This document shows positions 11,811 through 24,800 of a DNA stretch of 64,000 bases, one piece after another. The DNA lies in NCBI GenBank assembly GCA_047495785.1, contig JBLDXI010000009.1:4898001-4962000 (forward strand), written 5' to 3'. Both the position numbers and the translations under genes were made by a program. Every line of letters begins with the position of its first letter. The stretch's first letter is position 1. This DNA is from Lepidodermella squamata. Lineage: Eukaryota > Animalia > Gastrotricha. Under the pieces are notes generated by a model that was not told the DNA's origin, did not search any database, and worked only from the letters and a program-made list of their open reading frames with translations.

Positions 11811-12889
11811 TTTATTCTCACACCTCGGTGAATGTTTGAGGGTGATATTGAGGCGACGAGGGTCTTGTAATTGTGAAAAGTTGTCATAGATTCACGTTTA
11901 TTGCTTATTGAAAAAAGGTTTGAGGTACTATTCGCAGGGATGAAAGCGAGCCACATGAATATCAGCTCAACGAATCAATAGTGGGCGAGCTCTCCCACGA
12001 ACGTTTACACCGAATGAAAGGTCTGATTTTTCTTGGAGATTACAGATTCTTGGAGTATTTAAAGCTCATAATGACCCAAAACTGGTATAAAGATTCAATA
12101 GCAGGTGATGTGAGAAAAACGCTATGCCAACTCTTGTGTTTGGGCCTCAAAATGACAAAATGACAAAAGTAGATCCTTGACAAGAAACAAGGCATTTTTG
12201 GCCCATTTTCAGACTCAAAATCCGTGAGCTAAAAAGCTTCGATTTTGTGATCGCCAAGGGTTAGGTGCCGAAAAGCCCATTGGAAAAGGTTTTACGTCAT
12301 TTTTCAGTGTCAAATTCTATCCATTTTCTCGCTTCCCTCTCCCGATTAGTACAAATTTCACCTTGGAAGAAATTAACTCCGAGAGCTAAGTTAGGCCAGC
12401 CGAAGTATAGGTTATGATGAGGGTCCCTCCCCTCTTTGCTCTTTGGTCTTTGACTGAGTTGCCTTAATCACGCAATGTTTCCATGCTTTAAAGGCTAAAG
12501 GTAAGCTTCTCTTTTCTATTTTATTATTTCAACGTGATTTCGCTTCATTCCCTATATTGTGCAAATATTGTAAATGTGAAACTTCTAGAAGCCACGTTAG
12601 ATAGTGATAATTAATGATTAATGATTAATAAACACCCCCGTATCGTATAACTGAATTTTTGTTTAAAAAAACGCAGCGAAAAAAGTATAACAAAACAACA
12701 AGATCAAATCCGATTCGTTTTTTTCCCGTGAATGGCAGGCCAGGTGCGGTGCGAGCTGAGCAAACCCCGCTTGGCGACTGTTGTTCGTCGAAGAAAACAA
12801 CGGCTATGCATAGTAAATGAGCTACACAGAGGAGCGATTTAATATTTATCTTTCACCGCATTCGATTCATGTTTCAATTTTGAACAAAA

Positions 12890-15800
12890 ATGATTCTCCT
12901 GTTTTTATCCATTTTTCTTATCGAAAGCGTTGACGGTAATGGGTATATCAGATTGAAAGCCTCTCTTGATAATTTGTTATTTAGGTCAAGCTACTGGTTG
13001 CCTTAACGGCGGCTACTATCCGTCAGCAGCATCCACGACATGTATATGTCTGGTGCCTTACAATGGATCAGACTGCTCAGGTATGAACACTTCGGTATCA
13101 GAGAAAATATGCTTTAATTTGACTTATTTAGGTTGCATGTGCCAGAACGGCGGCTCGTGCTCGGGCAAATACTGCGCCTGCCCACCGGAGACTTTCGGCA
13201 CCTTCTGCCAGTTCAATACAAGCCTGAACATCGGCGCATTAGACAAGAACTTCAGCATTCCTTATAACGATTCTACAACCACGAAAGGTTTTTTAAAAGG
13301 AATGTCTCCATGTGATGCTGAGTTTTATTTATGCACTAGCGTTTTGGGATCCATATCCAAGTGATATGGCTGTTCTTCTCGGTTCGCCTTACCGCTTTGT
13401 GCCAAACTCATACTCGAAGGTAGACAGCGCTATTTGGACAAAAACCGTAAGCTTCTTGAAAGCAGAATAGTGATATACTATTTTGGCTCGATTAGATGGT
13501 TTCAGCTCCGTCGTTCATCTTCAATGTTACTCTCGAAATGGGCCAGGACTTCTCGGCAATGCAGGATGTTGTGATAGCCTTTGCTCGAAATTCATCTGTG
13601 GACAGAAGTGCCTACATACCAAACAAATTCGGCATTGCGTGGGGAAATTTCTCGGGACTTGCGCTGTTTTTCTCGTCGCACTACCCACGAGCTTGTGCCG
13701 CATACATTCCCGCACCAGTTGCTACGTTTACCAAAGCCTCGCAAATCTGCGATGCGCCCTACGCGAGAGCTGTTAAGGCAGATGATAGCAGTATTCTCTA
13801 CATGATCCAGCAGCGATTTTCAATTCTGATCACTGTCAATTCGGCAAGAATGGTCGATGTTCAGTTGTGTAACTCTGTTTTATGCGCCTGGGTTTTCAAT
13901 TGGACTTGGGTCGAATTCGCTACGGGCGTGGACAGCAACGGTGTAGCTGTTCCTGATCTTATGGCACTGCAACCATTAGTTATTGGAATAACGGCTTCTG
14001 CCTGCTGCTTTGATGCTCCGGAATTTAATGCTACTGGTTCGGTCAGCCTTGTTGAGGCGACTTACAAACCATGTGAGTTCATGCTTTCAGAATTTGATTT
14101 CAGTTAATTTATTCCAGGACTTCATTGCATTCTTTTATAATTCTTAGTCTGCCCTGGCGGTTGCTTGAACGGAGGAATCTGCCTCAGTAACAGCACTTGC
14201 CAATGCGTCAATGGCTATTTCGGGCCTAGCTGTGAACTCTGTAAGTGATTTAATGTAAGTAGATGGAATCCTTGTGTGAACCGCGCACCTACTATATTAG
14301 TTACCTGCGAATTTCCATGTTCCGCTAATGGCAACTGCACAGGTCCAAATACTTGCAAATGCTCTACCGGGTGGACCGGGCCGAGATGCCTGACCCGTAA
14401 GTTGAATTCGAGAAGTTTCGAATTCATAATTATAACGAGTTTTTAAAAGCAATTTGCTCTTCGGAATGTCCTGCGCATGCAGCCTGCGTTATCCCTGGAA
14501 ACAGCACGTGCATTTCTGGTTGGACTTGGCCAGCCTGTTCAATCCGTAAAACATGCTCATACTTTCTCATTAATTGCTATTAACTTATTTTTTGGTTTGG
14601 AAGATACTTCTACAAACAAAGATGTCCCAGTCAACTCATCGATTACCCTTCAACCAACTGTGTCCATTCTGAACGCTACCTTAGGTTTGTGATGAATGCC
14701 ACTCACCACTCAGTCTCAGTTAAAGAAGTTTTTTAAATTTTCTTCTCAGCTCCGTTTTTGATTGTCCCATCGCAGAACGCGATAGGACAGAAAATTCGAC
14801 TTGCGTCGTTCCCTTCAAACCCACGAGGACTCATGTACAGCATTTCGCCCATAACGGCTAATTCGGATCTAGCCATTTACGCTACTGTTGAGATGAGCCC
14901 CGAAGGCGGAGATAACACCACATTCTCGATAATAATGGCACCTGAAGTTGCCCTCATGGCCTGGAATCCCGCCACAAACCCGAACGCGTTCCCGGTTCAA
15001 ATATCCAAGTTTTTCGGCTTATCGCTATGGTTTACGTCGCTGCGTAAATTCTGTCTGAACTATCAATTCACTCCGATGAACTTCATGAACTGCACTATGG
15101 AAGGAAGCCTTCAGGATCCAGCATCTGCATCAAACCAGATTACGTTTAAATCGCGCCTGCAAATAGGTGTCATCACTAAAAACGGGTCGTTCGTAACAGT
15201 GGAGGTTTGCGACACAAATCTCTGTTTCAAGCCTTGGAATATGAAAAACTTCACTTCGTCGCCATTCTTCAATATCACAACTCCGCTTAGGATCGCTCTG
15301 GCTGCGCAAACATCCGCCATGCCTGGTGACTCTGTCGACGTGTCCAACTTCCTGGTCTTCAAACAACGTGAGTGGGCCAACGTTAAGCTTTGGATAATTA
15401 TTAAACTTTGAATTATTTTAAAATAAACATATTTTTTCTTAATTGGCAATCTTTTTCAGCAACATGTATGGTTACGTGTCAGAATGGCGGCGCGTGCATC
15501 TCGGCCTACCAGTGCAATTGCTCCTCGGCTTGGACTGGAGCTTTATGCGAAACGCAGGTCATAACCTGCATGAACGGCGGCACATATCTGTCGAACAATA
15601 CTTGCGTCTGTCTGCCAGGATTCAGCGGTCAAACGTGTAACAACTGCAGTGCAGCATGCCTCAACGGCGGTTATTGCAGCGCCTCCGGAAATTGCACATG
15701 CCCATCAGGTTTCTCATGGCCCAATTGCGCCTGCAACGCGACAACATGCAAAAGCGGCGGCACTTGCCTCCAAAATGGAACTTGTGCGTGTTCACCTGGC

Positions 15801-18800
15801 TTTACCGGCTCTGATTGCAGTACTTGCAACAACGGGACCTGCTTGAATGGCGGAACATGCAAACCCATTGGCCTAGTGGGCTGCGACTGTCCAGCTTCAT
15901 TCAGTTCCACGATAAATTGCGCCTGTAGTGCAAATTCCTGCTTGAACGGTGGTAGTTGTCTGGGAAACGGAACTTGCTCATGCTTGCCGGGTTTTGCCGG
16001 GTCTGATTGCAGTAAATGCTCGTCAACAGCTTGTTTAAACAACGGTACCTGTGATTCGTCATCGGGCAAATGTACCTGTCCGCCTCAATTCGTTGGTCCG
16101 AATTGTGTCTGTAACTCAACGACCTGCGCTAACGGAGGAACTTGCCTTGGTAACGGAACTTGCGCTTGCCTCTCTGGTTTCTCGGGGAGGAGGTGTGAAA
16201 TTTGCGCCGCTACAACTTGCTTGAACTCTGGAATCTGCATTTCCCCCTCACCTAATAACGATACTGGCTACTGCGCCTGTCCTGCTGGATTCGCTGGTCC
16301 GAGATGTGCCTGCGATCAAACGACCTGCCTCAACGGAGGAACTTGTTCCAATTACGGAACATGCACATGCCCAGCGGGCTTTACCGGGCCCAAATGTGGC
16401 TGTACTCCAAATTCATGCCTGAACGGCGGGACTTGTGATACATCAACTGGACTATGCACCTGCCGCAGTGGTTTCATCGGCGCAAATTGTTCGTGTACTT
16501 CTACGAGTTGCCTTAATTCAGGTAGTTGTAATTCAACAAGCGGCATTTGCGTTTGCCCAGCAGGCATAACCGGGCCGGCTTGTTCGTGCTCCGCTACTGA
16601 TTGCATGAACGGCGGCGCTTGCAATTCAACGACTGGGTCATGCTCTTGCCCGTCATCGTTTTTGAGCCCAACCTGCGTTTGTGGAGCGAATACGTGTTTG
16701 AATGGTGGCAGCTGTTCTGCGACTGGCAAATGCACATGCCCGGCAGGATTGACGTCGAATCCTAACTGTTCGTGTGATGCCACGAGTTGCCAATACGGAG
16801 GGTCTTGTCTCGCGACTGGTTCTTGCGCTTGCTCACCTGGGCGCCTTGGACCAACTTGTATGGATTGTGCGTTTTACATTCAAATCATCTTCAATCTTTT
16901 AAAGTTGAACCCCGATTTATTTTGAAAGATACTTGCGGCCAAATGTGCGTTGGACGTGGCAATTGTACGGGACCTTTAACTTGCACCTGCTTTGCGAACT
17001 TCACAGGTGCAAGCTGTTCGACACGTGAGCACCCATATTATTCTTTATATGTAGCAATAAATTGATAAAACTACATTTCCTGAAAATTGTTATTTTCAAA
17101 TTTGCTTATCAACTTGCAGCGGTGTGCTCTAACGATTGTGGACTGAACGGTTACTGCGTCGCTCCAAATACCTGCCAGTGCATTTCTGGATGGACACAAG
17201 CTGGTAGTCCTGTCAACTGTTCTTCCAGTAAGTTTTCGCTTTTCCAGGATTCAAGCTTTCTCATTTCAAGTGTTCCCGAAGAGATCACCCCTTCACCATT
17301 CAACAGCACGGCATTGTTAGCTCGACAAACCTTCGCCAACGGAAATTATTGTGAGTGAGAAAATTGTGCTTCGATTTCATTTTGACCGGTGTTAATTCGT
17401 GCTAGCTATGTTCGACGTGGCTCCGGTGACTACTTTCTCAAGCAATCGACTGCGTTTAGCTGATCATCTAACTCCTGTAGGAGCAATGTGGGCTAAGGAA
17501 CCTATTCCTCAACTCACCGACTTGGCTTTCAACTTCACCATCGAAATGAGCCGAGAGGCCGCCGAATATACTCGGTTCTTCATTCTTATTTCAAATAACG
17601 AATCTTTCCCGCGACCGATCGGCGGTTCGATGCCCCAAACCGTTATTAATTCTTATTCATTTTTCGGCCTTCTCATGCGATTCTCACAAAACGAGAGTTG
17701 CGTATATTTCAAGTTGGCCCCGTCGAACTCCAGCTCTTGCTATTCGACTTACTATTCGTCTTACAAGCAAAAGACAAAGATTGGGCTCATTATTAGAAAT
17801 GGGTCACTTTTAACTCTCGAGCGATGCACGACTGATGGCTGCTTCCCAGTCTACATTGAAAAACAGCTTACTTCAGACCCTACTACAACGATTTTCAACA
17901 TATCAAGCAATCTATACTTGGGCATCTCCGCTCGAACTTCTAACAATACTGGCGACTACGTCGATGTATTCGAAATTCTGACTTACAAACTACGTAAGCT
18001 CGATGATTTTTAGGTAAATTTAGGGAAAATTCTGCTATTTTCAAAGCAACGTGCCTTGTGACTTGTCAAAACAACGGAAGTTGCTCAGCGAATCCTTACG
18101 TCTGCAACTGCACGCAAGGCTGGGCAGGAAATACATGTGAAATCCGTAAGTTGCCAGTAACTCGCTTATAAATTTTTGAACTTGCGTTTTCCCCAGCTGT
18201 TTGCTCTCCGACATGCGTTAATGGCAACTGCACAGCCCCGAACGTTTGCACCTGCCCGAACAGCTGGACTGGGCCGACTTGTGCTGTAGCTCTGTGCACG
18301 CCCGCCTGCCTTAATGGCGGAAATTGCTCGCAGGGTGGTGTTTGCAACTGTACATCTGGATGGACTGGCCCATCTTGCGCGACACGTTAGTTTCCATATC
18401 CAAACTGTTGTCTGATTCCGAATTTCTGCTTTTCTACAGCAATCTGTAGCACTGGCTGTGGAAATGGAGGTAGTTGCATTGCCCCGGATATGTGCTCCTG
18501 CCCCGATGGCTGGAGGGGGAACGATTGCAGGACTCGTAAGTTAAGCCTGAAGTTCTTTTTTCTTGGGTCCTTAATCCTTTATCTTCAGCCGCTTGTAACC
18601 AGACGTGCCTGAATAACGGCAATTGCACAGCTCCACATTTCTGCACTTGTGCACTAGGCTGGACTGGGTCGAATTGCTCTATTCGTAATTTTTATGGAGC
18701 TTGAAGAATCAAATTGAATTCATTTTTCAACAGCAATTTGCGCGGTAAATTGCGGTAATGGAGGATCTTGTACGGCCCCGAATACCTGCACGTGCCCTTA

Positions 18801-21800
18801 CACATGGAATGGACCCACCTGCAATACACGTAAGATTTGAAGAAGAGAGAAATCTCTGTTTTTGATTGCTGCCCTTTTCCAAGCGGTTTGCATCAATGGT
18901 TGTCAGAACAACGGCACTTGCGTTTCGCCTAACGTCTGCAGTTGTACACCAGGCTGGAACGGAACAACGTGCTCCAATCGTAATACCTTCCCGCGTCCCG
19001 CGTAGTGATGCCTTTGCTTCATTGTTTCTCTTTCACAGCGGTTTGCTCGAATGGATGCGCGAACGGTGGATCGTGCATTGGACCGAACCTATGCCAATGT
19101 ACAGTTGGATGGAGTGGTCCAGCATGCTCAACACGTTAGATTTGAATCCGATATCTCTCCCTGTTTTTCAATTTCCCTTCGCCTCACCCCTATAGCCGTT
19201 TGTTCTCCTGATTGCAAGAATGGAGGCCAGTGCTCTTCGCCAAACACATGCAACTGTACCTTAGGCTGGAGTGGACCAACTTGCGAAATTCGTATGCCCA
19301 GCCATATCCCGTTTTCCTAAAAGTTTTGAGAGCGTTTATCTTACTTTCAGCTATCTGCGATAGCGCATGCCAAAATGGAGGATCTTGCTCGATGCCGAAC
19401 AAATGTGCTTGCCTTTGGGGTTACACTGGAAATTACTGCGACCAGCCTGTTTGCAGCCCGTCATGCGTTAACGGTGGCACGTGCACTGGCCCAAATTTAT
19501 GTACATGTATGTATGGCTGGAACGGCACAAGTTGCTCTAATCGTAAGTTGACTGCTGTCAATAATGGATTACCAAACCTGAAATATTTTTCAGCCGTTTG
19601 TTACACTGCTTGCGCGAACGGAGGGTCCTGCATTGGCGGCGATCGATGCAGGTGTTCCGCTGGCTGGACAGGACAGTTTTGCTTTAGCCGTTAGTTGTAA
19701 TCCGGTCTTTTTACGATCAAAATTTTGATTTTGACCTTACCTAGCGGTTTGTGATCAACCATGCCAAAACGGGGGCGACTGCGTGCAGCCTAATTCATGC
19801 TCTTGCCGGAATGGATATGCTGGAACTTACTGCGACAGGGGCGTTTGTAGCCTGCCGTGCACTAACGGAGGCAATTGCTCAGCGCCAGAAACCTGCACTT
19901 GTGCCAGTGGCTACAACGGCCCTCAATGTCGGTACCGTAAGTTCCCGCTTTAGATTGCCTTTTATTGTCGTTAAAATCTGCTTTTCTCAGCCATCTGCGA
20001 GAAGTCTTGCCAAAACGGCGGTGTCTGTGTTGCGCCGAATAATTGCTCCTGCCCGCCTGGCTACACCGGACCTACCTGTGAAATTCGTATGTCTTCACAA
20101 TATATGTTCAGGAAATGAAATGAGTCCATTGTTTTCAGCAATCTGTGAGCCTAAATGTGTTCATGGAAACTGTTCGTTTCCTAACGTTTGCTCGTGCTCG
20201 AGTGGCTGGAACGGAACTTTGTGCGACAAACGTATTTGAAGAGGATTTCTTGAAGGCAGTGTATCATAAAAAAATATGTTCTTCGTAGCTGTATGTAACA
20301 GGAGTTGCGAGAATGACGGAACATGCATTGCGCCCGATAAATGCAGCTGTTCGGCTAATTGGACGGGAAAATTCTGCGAAAAGCGTAAGAATTTATATAA
20401 TTGATCGAGGCTTTATTCAATCACGGCTCTTTAGCTATATGCAATTTCACTTGCCAAAATGGGGGCAACTGTACAAGGCCTAATTTCTGCTCGTGTCCTG
20501 CTGAATGGACCGGTCTAACTTGCACTAAACGTAAGTTTCGTTTGGATTTGATCTAAAACTATTCCTAAAGCTCATTTTCAGCTGTTTGTACTTTTTGTGG
20601 GAACGGAACTTGCACTGCACCTGAAATCTGCGCCTGTGATCCTGGTTATTTTGGCCCTAATTGCAATATCTGTAAGTTCGAGCTAATTTTTAATGCTAAG
20701 CGAAATCGAATTTTCCCTCAGCTATATGCCGAGATCCGTGTTTGAATGGAGGCTCTTGCGTTTATCCCGACGTCTGTCGCTGTCCCGAAGGCTGGACCGG
20801 GCCTACATGCGCTATTCCTGTTTGCAAATCAAAATGCGAAAACGACGGTTATTGCTCCGCGCCTGAACGGTGCACCTGCGTTAACGGCTGGTTTGGCAAG
20901 ACCTGCACGCAATGCTCTTGCAACTGCACAAGCCACGGAACCTGCATAGCCCCGAATACCTGCCGCTGTGACGCTGGTTGGACTGACGCCGTTTGCGCGA
21001 CTCCTATCTGCTCGTTTTCGTGTTCTAATGGGAAATGCACGAACCCTGATGAGTGTACTTGCGAGCCGGGCTTTACCGGGCTTACTTGTCTGAGCCTGAA
21101 TTCAAGCTCATCAAATGAGGCGCCAAGCCCTGAGTCGCAGATTATCGAATCGGCTTTGAAGATGAATAGCACAGCATTCTTGGATAATCTTGAAAACATC
21201 ACAACAGCAATTCTGATGAAAGCATTGAGTTTTGCTACTTCGAAGCCGGAGACATCGACTATCAAGTCAAGTATAACAGAGCCAACTACTACGGCCCGCA
21301 ATCTTAGCCAGATTCTGTCTACCTTGCCCTTAATAACATCGAATGGATCTACAACGGTTACTCCTACTTCGTCCACACCTTCAACTCCATTTCGAAGGGT
21401 GAAAACCTCTAGTGCTACTACGACGCCAGAGCCGGTTGTCATAACTGTTGTTGAACAGGCCGAGTTTCTTACGGAATTAGGAATGCTAGCAAGACGTTTA
21501 AGCAAAGTCGCCGAATCCTTGCCGGTCAATGATCTGATTGAGGTTGTCGAAAAGTTCCAAAAAGCTGCTGACGATGCTATGGCGCCTGTTGTGAAAGCTA
21601 TCGCAGCAACAAGAGTAGACACTGCTATTAAGGCTGATGCAAGCCAGATTAAAGAGAATAGTTGTCTTGTGAGGGTTACTGAACTAGCCGCGCCTACAGC
21701 ATCAACGGCTATTGCGCCATCTGAGAAGCATGTCGGTATACTATACGGGACTTTCAAATCCTTTTACGATGGAATTATCGGTAGCATTAAAGCGCTGCGA

Positions 21801-24800
21801 ACTGTAGGCAAGGCCATAAACTACAATGGCGAGTTTTACAGCGTAACAGCTAGAGCGGTTTGGTTTATGGAGTTGCCCGGGCTGAAAGTTGAGACATCGC
21901 TTGGCAGCGTCACTTTCCCTCAATTTTCTGAGCTAAGCAAATTCTTCTTGAGCTCTAAAATTGCCTGGAATCAAACAAGCGTGATTACGGTTGTTCAAAC
22001 GGCCTCCGTTGACAATATTCTCGGATCTGTTTCATCTTTCAATCTACCTACCGTTTCGGTCCAACTTTTCTACAACGGCGAAGAGCTGACAATGAGCCCC
22101 AATTGGAATATTAGGATAGTTTCGAAGCCGAAATCTGAAAAATCAGAGAAATACGCGGACGACGCCGGGAATGCTCGATGCGACGTCTCTAGGATCAAAT
22201 GCGACCTCTCTTCAAATGTCGAAGGTCTCGGGACGAGGGTGACCTATTCTCTTCGAGGAGACTCGGGCGATTTTATGTTCAAAGTCCCTCTTGACGACTT
22301 TGGTTACTTCGTTTTCTTTCATCTAAGGGAGCAGCCGACAAATTCGAAATTTATCTGGAAATTGAAGGTCGAAAAGGGTGTTGAAGTAGCTTACGAGGCA
22401 AATAAGGAATTTAGTTACCTATCCGAGCCTAAATACGTCTACAATGTCTCGAATGGTCTGACCCTAATCCTACCAGCCGAATCTGTTTTCACTAAGTACG
22501 TGTCGACAAACAAAGTTGCCACAACTGGGTCCGTTCCTCTATATCTCCTGCTAAAGCGAAACTTTGCCGGGCAAAATCTAGACAACTTGCCAGAGTCAGC
22601 CTGCAAGATACAGTCTCCATCGGGATTTTTTATGAAAGTTGGCGATGCATCGAAAAAAATTGGATCAAGTCGAAAGAAACGAGATACTGCTGACGCCCAG
22701 AATATTTCTGTGAGTTAAAAAGTTGTCAATCATTGCGCTTTCTTCAAATTATGCTTTTTATAGCTTGAACTGGATGCGACAGAATCGAATGTTGTGTTCA
22801 AATCCAACTATTTCGGCTCTTTCGGGGCTGATCTCGTTATACTGCCTAACACAATCGAATTCGCAGATGTTTTTGCAAATTTCAGCACTTTGGTCGCAAA
22901 TAACGCTGCGGTTCTAGCTCTTATGGTCATACTCATCGTAATCTTCATCGCTTGCACAGTTGCCATGCACTTTTTCGACAAACGAGATCTTAAAGATGTT
23001 AGTTCCTCAGTAGTAGCCTTAGTTAACTTTGATAATTTCCGCAATTTTTTGCAGTGGGCTTTTCTGCCGATAACCAGTAACGATGTCCATGAGGACATGA
23101 AATATCTCATTTCAGTCCATATCAACAAAACCACGAACTATGACTTGAAACCTATTGTGGAAATCAAACTGAAGGGCGACTGCCTCCATACTGAATGGCG
23201 AAGGTTGGAAGACGGAGTTCGGGACAACTTCAGAGCAACTAGACCTTCAAATTTCGTCTTGGCCACGTACTACCCGATCGGTAAAATACACGGAATTGAA
23301 CTCTCTGTCAAAAGCGTGGTAGCAAGCCAGCCTGGTCATGCTTTGGAGCTTGATATCGACAAAATTATTGTGGTCGATGTTGTGAAAGGAAATAAGTACA
23401 TATTCCTCGTAAAGGCCAAGGTCAAGGCTGGGCAGACGAGGACACGCCGTTTAGCCTCGGAAAGTGACTTGAAAGGCTTCACTTATCTACTAACCGGTCA
23501 TTCTAGAGTTTCGATAAAAGACTCCCATCCTTGGATTTCCGTGATACAGAGACCGTTGCCCAGCAACTGGACGCGTTGTGAACGCGTTGCCACCATTGTA
23601 GCGGCATGTTTCCTCGCTATGCTTGTAAACGCCATGTTTTATGGCAAGGAGCCGCAAAACCCTCGAATCGGAGTGAAACTGGGCGAGAACCTTCGCATTT
23701 CGTGGCACACAATATGGACAAGTATAGCTAGCGGTCTCATTATTGTACCACCAACTGCTTTGATCGCTCTGATCTTCTCGAAAGTGAGACGTCGATCGGC
23801 GGAGAAAGCGAATTGGGCTACCATTTTCAATATCAAAATCGAGGATGTATTTGATGAATACGATGAGGAAGAGGACGAAGCTGCAGGGACTCCGGTTGTT
23901 GTCGTCAAGAAAAAACGGCCTTTCCGATTTCCAGACTGGTTTCTATTCGTTGCTTGGTTCCGTGAGTTACTCTTAGTTCAGCTTCATCACAATCGCTAAT
24001 CATTATATTTTTCATTCAAGTGGTCGGAGCCTGCATTTTTCTGTCTGCTTTCTTCATCGTACTCTATAGTCTGCAATGGGGTCTGGATAAATCACTGCAA
24101 TGGCTATCTGGCATGATAATCCACGTCATAGCCGATGTGTTAATGATCCAAACTGGTAAAGTTGTTATCATGGCAATGATAAGCGCATCAACCCTCCGAC
24201 TGCCTGATGATGGGGTTGCTGTTGGGAAGCTCACTTACGCCAATGTTGACCAGGCTGAAAAGCTAGAGTTATTCAAGCGGTTCAGGAACATTTCCGTCGG
24301 CATTCTGCACCACGCTTTGTATGTGCTGATGTTCACGATGGTTATCAGTACTACGAAAAGTGAATGGGACTTCATCTTCACTAAATCTATCCGACCGTTC
24401 GTCATGGTACCAGACGTAGCCCCTGGTAAAGATGTAGTTCAACTCGAGGGAGTCTTCGATTACCTTCAAATGATAGTCCCTACGTTCCTTAATGGCAATC
24501 AATTGAAATATGGACTCAACTTCCCAAAAACCAACTATTACTCGACCCCTCATCATGACGTTGTCCTTATTGGAGCCATCAGGGTTCGACAAATCAGAGC
24601 TGGGACGGGTTAGTACTATGGATAAGTTCCCTCTTTCATTAAAAGATCTCTTTTCGTACAGAGGATTGCCTTATTCAAAAAACTGTTATTGAAGATCATA
24701 AGAGAAGATTCAGCCCTGGTCTGACCGATGGAAACCTAACCTGCCTTAGAGGTGTTGTAGGAACATCTTACTTCACCGAGTCTCACAACTACAACCTATC

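Larger units (their letters stand above)
9440..12020. repeat. Segmental duplication unit (peptide gene + convergent CTL[WSC] receptor + proximal upstream region); direct copy at about 48590-51190
   Basis: Colinear nucleotide similarity across both genes, their introns and about 200 bp upstream of the receptor ATG (e.g. GAAAGCG.G.CACATGAATA at about 11943 and 51121). Confidence 0.9.

Noticed and set aside
12440-12800. Possible RFX X-box (ciliary gene motif) upstream of the polycystin gene
   Set aside because: Only half-sites (GTTTCCATG, GTTGCC, GGCGAC) were seen; no full palindromic X-box.
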